DNA from: an uncultured Nitrososphaerota archaeon | GTDB lineage: Archaea > Thermoproteota > Nitrososphaeria > Nitrososphaerales > Nitrosopumilaceae | Direction of reading: 5' to 3' | Assembly (NCBI GenBank): GCA_963701075.1 | Contig: OY969559.1 | Span: forward strand, 384,001-448,000 | Length of the DNA: 64,000 bases | Part shown: one piece after another, positions 1 to 10,164 of the stretch | Numbering within the stretch: position 1 is the first letter of the stretch | How the letters are laid out: each line of letters starts with the position of its first letter | Program-made: the position numbers and the translations under genes | Notes under the pieces: generated by a model | Seen by the model: the letters and a program-made list of their open reading frames with translations, nothing else | Told to the model about the DNA's origin: nothing | Database searches by the model: none

Positions 1-515
1 TCTTCCACTGGAAGAATTGCTCCAGTGTTAAACAGGGCATGGCTTAGGACAACAAGTTGGGTCTTTTCATCAACCATCTTTTTTAACGAATCAAACTGGA
101 AATATCCAGTTTCATCAATAGGCATCTCTCTTAACCCTGTTTTTTGGCCTGCCCTTACCCAGGGGTAATGATTTGCAGGGTGCTCATGATTTGAGCCGCG
201 TGTTATGATGTTAGAGTCTTGCTTGAATTTCATGCCACTAGCTACAAAGTTTATTCCGTCAGTCACGCTTTGTGTTAGAACTACTTCTTCTTGTCTGCAC
301 TTGATTAGCTGAGAAATTAATTTACGTAGATTGTTAAGTCGCTCTTTTACAAAATTGTCTGATAGTTCAGAATCGGGACCATACTCGTTATATTTTATCA
401 GAAAATCATTCATTGTCTGTATGCTAGTCTTTGGCATTCTGGATGTAGATGCGTTGTTTAGGTAGATTCTATCCGTGTAAGGAAATTCTTGTGAAAAATC
501 AGAACTCAAGTTCAT
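1..515 (-). CDS. Class V aminotransferase / cysteine desulfurase-like protein, 5' part (runs off window start)
   Basis: Manual translation MNLSSDFSQEFPYTDRIYLNNASTSRMP...VVLTQSVTDGINFVA...HEHPANHYPW; the YLNNA and EH motifs are typical of the SufS/class V PLP fold. Confidence 0.8.
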   Translation of the reverse strand, partial: MNLSSDFSQEFPYTDRIYLNNASTSRMPKTSIQTMNDFLIKYNEYGPDSELSDNFVKERLNNLRKLISQLIKCRQEEVVLTQSVTDGINFVASGMKFKQDSNIITRGSNHEHPANHYPWVRAGQKTGLREMPIDETGYFQFDSLKKMVDEKTQLVVLSHALFNTGAILPVE

Positions 516-583
516 TGTTGCCAAGATATTTTCACTACACAAACTGGTTATAATTTTTGGCTATGGAAAACTAGTTACTCATC

Positions 584-1121
584 TTACTTCATCTTAGATG
601 GTAGTTTGATTGTCTTTCCGGCCACCATGAAAGCGCCTTTACCGCGGTGATGGACAGGCCGGGGATCTTTTTTAGAACGGTCAATCCACGCCTTCAGAAC
701 CTCCAAGATAAAAATATTATATTTATTGACCAGTCTTGTATCGATAACCTTGCATTCAAGGCTGGCATAGCATTCATCAATTAGTGGTGCCATGACGACC
801 GAGGCGGCAACAGGCGTCAGGCCGAAAGTTTTGAACTTGTCGGTGTTACGCCCGGAAGTATTGCCGCAGCCAACCACTTTTTTCACTCAGCTCCACTGTC
901 GGAATATTGATCACGCATTCTTTGGTTTTTCTTAGAATATCAAATGTATAGTCCCGGTTGCTGACGACACAGCCGACAATAGGTGGTTCAAAATCGATCA
1001 TCATGTGCCACGACATGGTCATGACATTTGCACCATGCCTGTCAGCAGTTGTAACCATCACCACCGGTCCGGGCTCGAGCAAGCGGTAGACCTGAGATAA
1101 GGGTAAAGGTGTTTTTTTCAT
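584..1121 (-). CDS. Flavin reductase-like family protein (apparent +1 frameshift at 888, likely sequencing artefact)
   Basis: ORFs 846-1145 and 584-886 join into MKKTPLPLSQVYRLLEPGPVV...PTVELVKKVVGCGNTSG...LECKV if C888 is removed. Confidence 0.85.
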
Positions 1122-1243
1122 ATCTTTTCTACAGCGATATCCCATTTATGATTAGCCCGGCGGCAGATAATATTGTAGCAGGTTTCAAATTATGATTCGT
1201 AATTTAACTTCATTATTATATTACGCTCTGGCTACTTGTTGTA

Positions 1244-1855
1244 TTGTTTAAAAATCATGATGAATCTGAGAACTTGGCTCCAAAATTAAAAGACATTCTT
1301 TCACAAGTACAGATTAATTCTGTTTTGTATTCTGATCCTTTTGTAAAAGCAGGCTTTATATCAAAACTTGTCAGCGAGGTAAAAACTAGCGTACTGTACT
1401 TGGATCTTGATTTGTTGTATAGTGGATATGTGGTATCAGGCACAATTCCTTCACAAGACAATCTCACTTTGTATCAACCTTCTAAAGAAACAATTAGTGA
1501 TATGCTGACAGAGATACTGGTCAAGGCAAGTACGTCTCAGGTGCTGGTCGTAATAGATTCAATCAATGGCCTTTTCAACATGTTACATCACAAAAAAGAT
1601 GTTGGAAGGGTGGTAGCCTCAATTGTTGTGTTGCTTGCAAGCATTACCCGTGTCACCAAGTCATATATCGTCATATCAAGCATGGCAAGATACAAGAAAG
1701 AAGAGGGCTGGGTTTTGTCACCAACTGGGAAACGATTCATTGAGACAAAAAACAGCAAGAAAATACTGCTTGAACAAGGAAAGGAAGGAATTATTGTGAG
1801 CCTCTTGGGAGATTCAAGCAAACTGCTGCTTCCAGCAAACTCTATTCCGATCTAG
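1244..1855 (+). CDS. Degenerate RecA/RadB-fold protein (conserved hypothetical)
   Basis: Walker-B-like VLVVIDSIN and VLYLDLD strands; no canonical Walker A. Confidence 0.55.
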   Translation: MFKNHDESENLAPKLKDILSQVQINSVLYSDPFVKAGFISKLVSEVKTSVLYLDLDLLYSGYVVSGTIPSQDNLTLYQPSKETISDMLTEILVKASTSQVLVVIDSINGLFNMLHHKKDVGRVVASIVVLLASITRVTKSYIVISSMARYKKEEGWVLSPTGKRFIETKNSKKILLEQGKEGIIVSLLGDSSKLLLPANSIPI

Positions 1856-2133
1856 TCTAGTCTCTTGATGATGTGATATCCAAACTGTGTTTTTACAATA
1901 TCGGAGATCTGTCCCTTTTCTAGTGCAAACGCAGCTTTTTCAAATTCCTTTACCATTGCACCTCTTCCAAAAAGACCCAGGTCTCCGCCTTTTTTCTTTG
2001 AAACATCTATGGAATACTGTTGGGCAAGTTTTGAAAAGCTCTCACCGCTTGATAATTTTGTTTTGATCTCTTGGGCCACACTCAACTTTTCTACCAATAT
2101 GTGCGAACAATGAATTTTGCTTACCACGATCAC
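1852..2133 (-). CDS. Parvulin-type peptidyl-prolyl isomerase
   Basis: CSHILV, GGDLG-F, MVKEFEKAAF, KTQFGYHII motifs. Confidence 0.95.
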   Translation of the reverse strand: MIVVSKIHCSHILVEKLSVAQEIKTKLSSGESFSKLAQQYSIDVSKKKGGDLGLFGRGAMVKEFEKAAFALEKGQISDIVKTQFGYHIIKRLD

Positions 2134-2300
2134 AGGTTGTTGACAAATTATAAAAAAACGTCGGTCCGAGAATCGGCTCTTATTCTAAGAATTTAGAATG
2201 AGCTGATCAAAGTCTAACACTGTTATAAAATTTCTAAACGCCGTTATAACATCGATCTTTTCAGCAAGTTATATTAAGATCATTTAAAGTAATACTGAAC

Positions 2301-2600
2301 ATGCCAGTTGGAATTATTCCAGATATCGGCGAACAAATGTGCATAGGATGTGCACTCTGCGTAGAGATTTGTACATCACTAGGCCCAGACGTACTAAGAG
2401 TAAAACCAGTAGAAGGCTGGAAGAGAGGTAAAGCATTTGTATTTTATCCAGAGAGATGCATCTCAGACGGTGCATGCATCGGCGTTTGCCCAACAAAGGC
2501 AATCTTCTGGATGAGACCAATGGACTTTACTCCAGGACAACCAGTACCACTGTATAGAAACTCTATATTCGTCAAAGGTTGGACTGAACTAGCCGAATAA
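2301..2600 (+). CDS. 2x[4Fe-4S] ferredoxin
   Basis: CIGCALCVEIC and CISDGACIGVCP motifs. Confidence 0.9.
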   Translation: MPVGIIPDIGEQMCIGCALCVEICTSLGPDVLRVKPVEGWKRGKAFVFYPERCISDGACIGVCPTKAIFWMRPMDFTPGQPVPLYRNSIFVKGWTELAE

Positions 2601-2662
2601 AAGTTCAACATTAACTCCTTTTTATTATTCTCACCCTAACCTTCGGTTTCTAAATATATGGA

Positions 2663-3175
2663 ATGCAACCATCTCTAGCAGTGAGCAAACCCGGTAATCT
2701 CTGGAGAAAAATGCATGGCAAAATTACAAAGAAACCTACTAACTTTAGTTGGCTGCTTGACAACAAACTTGCAGGCAGTGGAATGCCAACCACACATTCA
2801 GAAATTGACTGGGTGGTAAAGCAGGGAGTCAGGTCAATAGTTACAATGACAGAAGAGTCATTACCGGATTTGTGGGTAAAGGATGTCAAGTACTTGCATG
2901 TACCAACAGAAGATTTTTCTGCACCTGACATGGAACAGATTGATCAAGCAGTAGAGTTCATCGACGAAAGAATCCGAAATAACGAACCCGTCATGGTTCA
3001 CTGTGCAGCTGGAATAGGAAGAACTGGGACCATTCTTGCATGCTATCTTGTAAAGTATCAAAAATTATCTGCAAAAGGCGCCATAGAAAAAGTACGAAAA
3101 GAAAGACCGGGTTCGATCCAATCCGAATCTCAGGAATTAGCAATCAGCTTGTATTACAAGCATGTACACAACTAA
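2663..3175 (+). CDS. Dual-specificity / protein tyrosine phosphatase
   Basis: HCAAGIGRTG P-loop. Confidence 0.9.
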   Translation: MQPSLAVSKPGNLWRKMHGKITKKPTNFSWLLDNKLAGSGMPTTHSEIDWVVKQGVRSIVTMTEESLPDLWVKDVKYLHVPTEDFSAPDMEQIDQAVEFIDERIRNNEPVMVHCAAGIGRTGTILACYLVKYQKLSAKGAIEKVRKERPGSIQSESQELAISLYYKHVHN

Positions 3176-3331
3176 TTATTCTGGTATTGATGTAGTTACC
3201 ATCTTTCCATTTTCAAGTTTGATGAAGAGGAATCTGTTGTCTTTGAAGATCAAGGTTATCTCATTGTCTCTTTCAGACTTGTCTTCAACTTCAAGCAATT
3301 CCTGTCCTCTAATACCATCGAATTTTGCCAT
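3176..3331 (-). CDS. Small hypothetical protein (51 aa, below ORF-track cutoff)
   Basis: MAKFDGIRGQELLEVEDKSERDNEITLIFKDNRFLFIKLENGKMVTTSIPE; fills the gap, co-oriented with the upstream gene. Confidence 0.7.
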   Translation of the reverse strand: MAKFDGIRGQELLEVEDKSERDNEITLIFKDNRFLFIKLENGKMVTTSIPE

Positions 3332-3360
3332 GACGTTACTCTGATAATTCCATTTATATC

Positions 3361-3903
3361 CTATTTGGTGATTTCAATTTCTATTTCTTTAGAGCTAGTC
3401 TTGCCATCAAATTCTTCAGCATAGTCATGCTTGAACCAAGAGACATAAACTTCTGCACCAATCTTGTGCTTTCCTGGGCCAAGCTCAGACGCCTTGAAAT
3501 CTATTTTTTCGTCAAAATCAAGCAATAGCTGTTGTGCTTCTACTTGGTTCATCGGAATGTGTGGCTCAAAGTTCTTGGATATCTGGACCCAGATCTTCCT
3601 TTCTGCCATCTGGGTAAGCTTTGGGTTTCGTGTCCAGAAAAGAGCGGCCTTCTTGTACGTATCCAATGGTGTTCCCACCTCACGCTTTCTTAATCCGCCG
3701 GAATAGAGCTTAACGCCATATTTGAGCTTGAATACATTATCATGTTTGTTGTATGCGCGTTCCCAATTTTTTTCATTGAATGCTTCACGAAGTCCTCCGG
3801 TTACAGAGAATTTCACATTTATTGCAATGTTATCATTTACGCTGAATTTATCAACAGATTTTTCTAACAAGACCTTATCTATTGTGTTTTTTTCGTTTGC
3901 CAA
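3361..3903 (-). CDS. Conserved hypothetical protein
   Basis: 180 aa ORF divergent from rpoL; no recognisable motif. Confidence 0.7.
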   Translation of the reverse strand: MANEKNTIDKVLLEKSVDKFSVNDNIAINVKFSVTGGLREAFNEKNWERAYNKHDNVFKLKYGVKLYSGGLRKREVGTPLDTYKKAALFWTRNPKLTQMAERKIWVQISKNFEPHIPMNQVEAQQLLLDFDEKIDFKASELGPGKHKIGAEVYVSWFKHDYAEEFDGKTSSKEIEIEITK

Positions 3904-3948
3904 CTCTTCGTAATGATTTATATCATCAATAAGTATTTTTTGACTTAG

Positions 3949-4230
3949 ATGGATGTTCAGGTCAAAAAGTCTTCTACAAAGGAAGTTCTCCTAGATATAA
4001 GAAAATCTGACATTAGTACACTATACATTGTACAACATGAATTGCTCAAGGATCCTACAGTGGAATTTGCAGCCGTAGTGCTAAAACATCCACTAACCAA
4101 GGAATACGCAATGCGCGTAAACACATCCAAGGGCAACCCGATCAAGGAAATTGAAAAGGCCATCAAGGTTGCAATAAGCTACTCTGATGAACTAAAAAAG
4201 GCGATTAACTCAAAAATTAAAGGTGCATAG
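3949..4230 (+). CDS. rpoL: DNA-directed RNA polymerase subunit L (Rpo11)
   Basis: LLKDPTVEFAAVVLKHPL motif; synteny with tfs and pcn. Confidence 0.85.
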   Translation: MDVQVKKSSTKEVLLDIRKSDISTLYIVQHELLKDPTVEFAAVVLKHPLTKEYAMRVNTSKGNPIKEIEKAIKVAISYSDELKKAINSKIKGA

Positions 4231-4546
4231 ATGAAATTTTGCCCCAAATGTGAAGCTAGGCTTAAGCTCAGCTGACTCAGAGTCTGAATTTGTATGTCCT
4301 AAATGTGGTTATAGCGAGAAAGGCACCAAGGCAAAAAAGAAGGCAAAGGCAGAGGACCGTTCTACAATTAACATACTTGATGAAAAAGAGAAAAAAGAAA
4401 CACTGCCTGTCATAAAAATTGAATGTACAAAATGTGGTAACAATGAAGCAGTATGGTGGATGCTTCAGACTCGAAGTGCTGATGAGCCCACCACACAATT
4501 TTACAGATGTGTAAGTTGTAGTTTCACTTGGCGAAATTACGCATAA
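4231..4546 (+). CDS. tfs: Transcription factor S (TFS/RpoM family); apparent +1 frameshift at ~4269-4274
   Basis: ATG at 4231 gives MKFCPKCEARLK; the next frame gives CPKCG...CTKCG...QTRSADEP...YRCVSC. Confidence 0.9.
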
Positions 4547-4660
4547 AGACTTTCACGCAAGTTTATGGTTCATTATATCATGTCGTCGAAAGTTATTGTA
4601 AAATAACCTTGCAGATCTCGCATAAGGTTTAACTTGAACATGCTAGACATGTGAATAAGT

Positions 4661-5407
4661 TTGGTATTTTCTGCAAAGACCGGAGGCTCTGATGAATGGA
4701 AAGCAGTGATATCTGCTATCTCTACATTGGTAGAAGAAGCAACCTTTGAGGCCACGGGCGAAGGAATTGCTTTCCGGGGAATGGATCCTTCTCATGTTGC
4801 ATTAATTGATATTACATGGCCCAATTCTGCATTTGAAAAATATGTCTGCGATGCAGATGTAAAGTTTGGTGTAAGAATTGATGAGTTTGCCAAGCTAATC
4901 AAGAGAGCTGACAAAAAAGACAACATAGAGATCAGCATTTCAGAGGAAAAATTACTACTTGTTACTATTGGCAAAAATAAGAAATACAAAATGAGGCTGA
5001 TAGAAAGTTCTGCAACAGATACTCCTTTGCCAAAAATTACCTATAGTGCAAAGGTTGCTGTGACTTCAACTGAATTTGATAGAATCCTAGGCGACATTCA
5101 GGTGGTTTCAGAATATCTCTCAATCACTGCCAGCCCCAACAAGGCAGAATTTTCTGGCAGGGGTGACTCGGGTGAGGCAGTGATTACACTGGAGAAGGGA
5201 GCGCCTGAGATGCCAGAAATTGAAGTCAAAGAAGACAGTACGGCAACTTATAGTCTTGACTATCTTAACAGCATTGTAAAAGCAGTAGGAGCTGCAGCAG
5301 GTACGGTTGTATGTGAATACTCTACCAAAATGCCACTTCGACTAGAGTTTAAGGTTGCAAATATAGGTAGAATTCATTTCTATCTGGCTCCAAGAGTTGA
5401 AAGTTAA
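4661..5407 (+). CDS. pcn: DNA polymerase sliding clamp PCNA
   Basis: MDPSHVALID and FYLAPR motifs. Confidence 0.97.
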   Translation: MVFSAKTGGSDEWKAVISAISTLVEEATFEATGEGIAFRGMDPSHVALIDITWPNSAFEKYVCDADVKFGVRIDEFAKLIKRADKKDNIEISISEEKLLLVTIGKNKKYKMRLIESSATDTPLPKITYSAKVAVTSTEFDRILGDIQVVSEYLSITASPNKAEFSGRGDSGEAVITLEKGAPEMPEIEVKEDSTATYSLDYLNSIVKAVGAAAGTVVCEYSTKMPLRLEFKVANIGRIHFYLAPRVES

Positions 5408-5444
5408 AAGCATTTTAAGGATATTATAGTCAGGTAATACTGGT

Positions 5445-6845
5445 TTGAAGCTAGTCCTAAAGTTTGGTGGAACATCAATTGCTTCTGCAGCAAACATTCG
5501 AAATGTAGCCAACTTGATAAAATCACTCTCAAAAGAAAACAAGATAATTCCAGTCTTTTCAGCAATGAGCGGCGTTACGGACGACCTGATTAGGATAACA
5601 AATCACATCAAAGACAGGAACACAGAAGCTGCCAATTCTCTGGTAAAAAAAATTATCAAGATGCACATGGATATTTCTCATCAATGTGTGAAAAATCCAA
5701 AAATCCGAAAGGATCTAGTAAACAAAATGAGAGCTGACCTCGATGAGCTTGAGGAACTACTACATGGCATGTTGCTTCTTGGTGAAGTGACCCCGCGATC
5801 TTCTGACTATTTGATTTCATTTGGAGAAAGATTATCAGTTAATCTGATTGCATATACATTAAATGACATTGGCGTCAAGGCAGTGCCCCTTGCAGGAAAA
5901 GATGCTGGAATTGTCACCGATTCAAATTTTGGTGAAGCAAAGCCATTAATGGATACCACAAGACTGCACGTATCACATAAAATTGAAAGTCTTTCACAGA
6001 AGAAGATGATGCCAGTAATTGGAGGTTTTGCCGGCGCGGATCAGCATGGCAACATAACCACGTTTGGTAGGGGAGGATCTGACTATACTGCCACAATAAT
6101 TGCATCCAGCATAAAGGCTGATGAAGTGTGGCTGATGAGCGACGTGGATGGACTGATGACAACAGATCCAAAGATTGTAAAAAATGCCAAACTGATCAAA
6201 GAAGTATCATATGTTGAAGCCATGGAGATGGCTCTATTTGGCGCAAAACAGATTCATCCAAGAGCTCTTGAGCCACTGGTTGCAAAAAAAATCACACTAC
6301 GAATCCGAAATACGTTTAACATAAAAAATCCCGGCACGCTTGTAACAGCAGACCCGCAAGCTCACACACAAGAGACAGTAAAGTGTGTAAGCGCAATAAG
6401 GCACACGGGATTGATTGATGTGCGGGGAGGAAGCATGGTAGGTGCTCCCGGCACTGCGGCTACAATATTTTCTACTCTTGCAAAAGCTGGAGTCAATGTA
6501 ATGATGATCTCTCAGAGCCCGTCTGAATCAAGCATATCAATTATTGTAAAAAAGAATGACATGGATAAAGCTGTTAATGCACTTGAGATGAATCTGCTTG
6601 GCAAAATAATCAAAAAAGTAGACGTTACTGTAGATGTATCCATTATAGCACTAATTGGATCTGGAATGAGAGGAATAGCTGGCGTTGCCTCTAAGGTATT
6701 TACTGCAGTAGCAAAAAAGGGCATAAACGTAATAATGATTGCACAAGGCTCATCTGAACTTAACATTGCTTTTGTTGTCAAGGACTCGGACTGTAATGCG
6801 GCAGTACAAGCATTGCATGATGAATTTGATTTGGCAAAAACTTAG
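5445..6845 (+). CDS. lysC: Aspartate kinase
   Basis: KFGGTS, GRGGSDYTA, two C-terminal ACT domains. Confidence 0.95.
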   Translation: MKLVLKFGGTSIASAANIRNVANLIKSLSKENKIIPVFSAMSGVTDDLIRITNHIKDRNTEAANSLVKKIIKMHMDISHQCVKNPKIRKDLVNKMRADLDELEELLHGMLLLGEVTPRSSDYLISFGERLSVNLIAYTLNDIGVKAVPLAGKDAGIVTDSNFGEAKPLMDTTRLHVSHKIESLSQKKMMPVIGGFAGADQHGNITTFGRGGSDYTATIIASSIKADEVWLMSDVDGLMTTDPKIVKNAKLIKEVSYVEAMEMALFGAKQIHPRALEPLVAKKITLRIRNTFNIKNPGTLVTADPQAHTQETVKCVSAIRHTGLIDVRGGSMVGAPGTAATIFSTLAKAGVNVMMISQSPSESSISIIVKKNDMDKAVNALEMNLLGKIIKKVDVTVDVSIIALIGSGMRGIAGVASKVFTAVAKKGINVIMIAQGSSELNIAFVVKDSDCNAAVQALHDEFDLAKT

Positions 6846-6895
6846 GCACGTTTTACTGAAAGCATATTTATGCTGAGCAGGCATTTTGAAGCACT

Positions 6896-8356
6896 ATGAA
6901 TAGGCTACTTGTTGCAGTAATTATTGCAGTTGCAGTAGGTATCATATTTTCAATTCCCTTGTTATCTAATAATTTAGCTACTGCGGGAACTATAAAAAAA
7001 ATACAGTTTACTCAAACCCTTACATCATCGCAGGACCCCGGACTGGGAGACAGTAACGAACAGCTTGCAATGATACTGCTGCCAAATAATGGAACCCTTT
7101 ACGCTGGTACGCTAACATATACTGCAAGCGAGCCTGTTCAGGTTGTAATTTTACATCAAATAGATAAAAGCGACTCAAAAGGCCAGCCTGTGTGGACAGT
7201 TGACAATAACACAATTTACGCTGAAACCATAATTAATTCAGACTCTAATGGCGGAACTCTTGACTTTACAGGATCGGCAATTGGACTTCATTCCATAAAC
7301 TCGACTCAATTTACGGTAACAGCAAGCCTTGATGGATGGATAAGGGGCACAACGCCAGAGTTTTTGCAAAATAATACTCAAGTTATTTCTGAAAACAATC
7401 TGAAATCATCCAGGGCGGAAATTTCGGTAAAGATACCCATGCACAAGGGACTATACAATGGAAGCCCTGTTTACTATATCATAACTGATTCAAGCAACAG
7501 CATGGAAGCCAGTCAAATATCTACCGAACAAAACTGGAAGGTGCAGCAATCTCCTCTCTTGGCGCAAGCTCCACAAAAATTGCTCAGCAAGATGTATGTG
7601 TTTACAAATGGAGTAACCGGGGATGGGACACAGAAATACCAAGACGAAGTGTTTTCAGATACGCCATCTGATACACGCTATACGCCAGTCAGTCTGGTAA
7701 TCCAGGCCACATGGAGTCCAGGAAAAATCCCGCAAGTTCTAAACTCTACAAAAGATATTCTTGATGCAAATACAACAGGCGCGATAACACTAACCAACAC
7801 TGGAGATGTAGTCAATACTCCTCAAATAGTTTGGCCGGGAGGTCAGCTGGCTGTTAGAAACAATACGGAAATATCTGATCAAACAGCCTATGCCGGAAGC
7901 CAGGTACTCAATATAGATAACGCAAGCAAGTCTGTTACATTTGTAGCCCATCGGGGATGGGGTCCGGATGGAAAGACAGTTTATTATATAATTACAAGCG
8001 GTACACCTGATGGTCCTGCAAAAATGATGGGATTGGAAAACACGCCAGCATTGTCGATACTTTCATCTGCTGCAAGAGATCTTTACAACTTTGCCAACGG
8101 CATCAAGAGCGGCGGGTCATTTGGCTTTCAAGAAGGAATTTCTAGTGCGCAACTTGGCGATGCCAAATATTCTCCCATCTGCAATATATCGATGGTAACA
8201 TGGGCAAATCCCCAAAATGCAACATTGTTACAAAACATGAATGACATTAACTTTGAAGAATCTCAGGGAACAATCACTGTACAACCTGCCCAAGTATTCA
8301 ATAGCAACTACATGCTTGATTGCCCAATCATTGAGATTCCAAAAAGCAACCCATGA
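6896..8356 (+). CDS. Secreted/membrane-anchored hypothetical protein with internal duplication
   Basis: N-terminal hydrophobic helix; repeated VYYIIT...F(T/A)NG...Y(T/S)P units. Confidence 0.7.
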   Translation: MNRLLVAVIIAVAVGIIFSIPLLSNNLATAGTIKKIQFTQTLTSSQDPGLGDSNEQLAMILLPNNGTLYAGTLTYTASEPVQVVILHQIDKSDSKGQPVWTVDNNTIYAETIINSDSNGGTLDFTGSAIGLHSINSTQFTVTASLDGWIRGTTPEFLQNNTQVISENNLKSSRAEISVKIPMHKGLYNGSPVYYIITDSSNSMEASQISTEQNWKVQQSPLLAQAPQKLLSKMYVFTNGVTGDGTQKYQDEVFSDTPSDTRYTPVSLVIQATWSPGKIPQVLNSTKDILDANTTGAITLTNTGDVVNTPQIVWPGGQLAVRNNTEISDQTAYAGSQVLNIDNASKSVTFVAHRGWGPDGKTVYYIITSGTPDGPAKMMGLENTPALSILSSAARDLYNFANGIKSGGSFGFQEGISSAQLGDAKYSPICNISMVTWANPQNATLLQNMNDINFEESQGTITVQPAQVFNSNYMLDCPIIEIPKSNP

Positions 8357-8390
8357 AAAGGGATAAATTTACTCTAAAAATTTCTTACTG

Positions 8391-9176
8391 TTGATGACTG
8401 GTAAATTATACATTGTAGGCGTAGGACCGGGTCATCATGACCACATGACTTTTCGAGCTAAACAAGTAATTGAAGAAAGCAATACAATTGTGGGATACGA
8501 GACATACGTAAACTTGGTAGAAGATCTCATTGACGGAAAGGAAGTTCATAGGTATGCCATGACACAAGAAGTAGAGCGTGCTCATCAATGCATCGAGCTT
8601 GCAAAGGCAGGCAAGATAGTTTCTCTGGTATCAAGCGGAGATCCGGGCATTTATGGCATGGCAGGCTTGATCTACGAAGTTCTAGCAGAAGAAGGCTGGG
8701 ACAGAAAAACTGGCCTATACGTTGAGATCATTCCAGGAGTTTCCTCTCTTAACTCATGTGCGGCACTAGTTGGCTCGCCACTCATGACAGATTTTGCAGT
8801 AGTTAGCATGAGTGACTTGCTTGTACCCTGGGAAATTATAATAAAAAGAGTTGAAGCGGCAGCACAAGGAGATTTTGTAATTGTGATATACAATCCTGCA
8901 AGCAAGAAAAGAATTCACCAACTACAAGATACAAGAAAACTTTTGTTAAAATATCGCGCCCCAAACACTCCAGTAGCTATAGTCAAGGGGGCATACAGAG
9001 AATCACAAGAAGTTGTTTTGACTGATCTTGAAAACATGGAAAGTCATCAAGACAAGCTAGGAATGATTACTACTGTGATAATAGGCAACTCTTCTACGTA
9101 CAGATACAAGGACATGATGGTAAACCCTCGTGGATACACATCAAAATACAATATTGCAGAACCTCAGGCACGCTAA
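8391..9176 (+). CDS. cbiH: Precorrin-3B C17-methyltransferase
   Basis: GKLYIVGVGPG, SSGDPGIYGMAG, SDLLVPWE, YNPAS, NPRGY motifs. Confidence 0.93.
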   Translation: MMTGKLYIVGVGPGHHDHMTFRAKQVIEESNTIVGYETYVNLVEDLIDGKEVHRYAMTQEVERAHQCIELAKAGKIVSLVSSGDPGIYGMAGLIYEVLAEEGWDRKTGLYVEIIPGVSSLNSCAALVGSPLMTDFAVVSMSDLLVPWEIIIKRVEAAAQGDFVIVIYNPASKKRIHQLQDTRKLLLKYRAPNTPVAIVKGAYRESQEVVLTDLENMESHQDKLGMITTVIIGNSSTYRYKDMMVNPRGYTSKYNIAEPQAR

Positions 9177-9183
9177 AAATAAC

Positions 9184-10164
9184 ATGATGCCAATCCAGGT
9201 AGGCCTTACCTTACCGCAAGGGTGGCTAGATGAATTTCCTACAAAGAATTCTCATGAGCAATTCCTCTTTTCCAAAAACGTTGCATTAAAGGCTGAAAGT
9301 CTTGGCTATGCTGCAGGATATGTTTATGATCATTTCATTCCACACTATGGAAACAACAGCAGTGGGCCATTTTTTGAAGCCTATACTCTGCTTTCCGCTA
9401 TTGCATCTGTCACATCAAAATTAAGGATTGGCCAGGTGGTTACATGTAACTCTTACAGGCATCCGTCTCTTCTTGCCAAAATGACATCTACGATTGATGC
9501 AATTAGCAACGGCAGGCTTGAGTTTGGCATAGGCGCAGGGTGGTTTGAATACGAGTATGATTCCTATGGCTACAAATTTCACAATGCCGCAACAAGAATA
9601 GAGCAACTTGATGAATCTCTGACAATCATTAAAAAAATGTGGCAAAACAAGAGATCAAGTTTTACAGGCAAGCACTATTTCATCAAAAACGCAATCTGTA
9701 ATCCAAAACCCATGCAAGATCCCCATCCTCCCATAATGGTGGGAGGTGCTGGAAGCAAGCTAATGGAGGTTGTGGCAAGACATGCCACGAGATATAATCA
9801 CCCATTTGGCACTCCTGAGATATTGCAGGAGAAGATCAACCTGCTAAAGACAAAATGCAAGTTGGTAAAGCGAGACTGCAAAGAGATTGAAAACTCTGTT
9901 CTTTTACGGGTACTTGTCGGTAAAGACAGCGATGACGTAAAGAAAATCATTTTGGGACTAAAGAAGAAAAATGAATCAATAGCAGATTTTCTTCTTCGCT
10001 CAAAAGACAGTATTGCTCTTGGTACTCCTGAAGAGGTGGCTGCATATCTTGGGCGCTATCAGAAAATTGGCATTAATTATTTTATAGTTAATTTTGTGGG
10101 CCTGACAAAATCACTTGATATGCTTTCAGTATTTTCCAAAAAAGTTATTCCGCTTCTTAGGTAG
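9184..10164 (+). CDS. LLM-class (probably F420-dependent) oxidoreductase
   Basis: YDHF, YRHPSLLAKM, GRLEFGIGAGW, PHPPIMVGG; start placed at ATG 9184. Confidence 0.85.
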   Translation: MMPIQVGLTLPQGWLDEFPTKNSHEQFLFSKNVALKAESLGYAAGYVYDHFIPHYGNNSSGPFFEAYTLLSAIASVTSKLRIGQVVTCNSYRHPSLLAKMTSTIDAISNGRLEFGIGAGWFEYEYDSYGYKFHNAATRIEQLDESLTIIKKMWQNKRSSFTGKHYFIKNAICNPKPMQDPHPPIMVGGAGSKLMEVVARHATRYNHPFGTPEILQEKINLLKTKCKLVKRDCKEIENSVLLRVLVGKDSDDVKKIILGLKKKNESIADFLLRSKDSIALGTPEEVAAYLGRYQKIGINYFIVNFVGLTKSLDMLSVFSKKVIPLLR

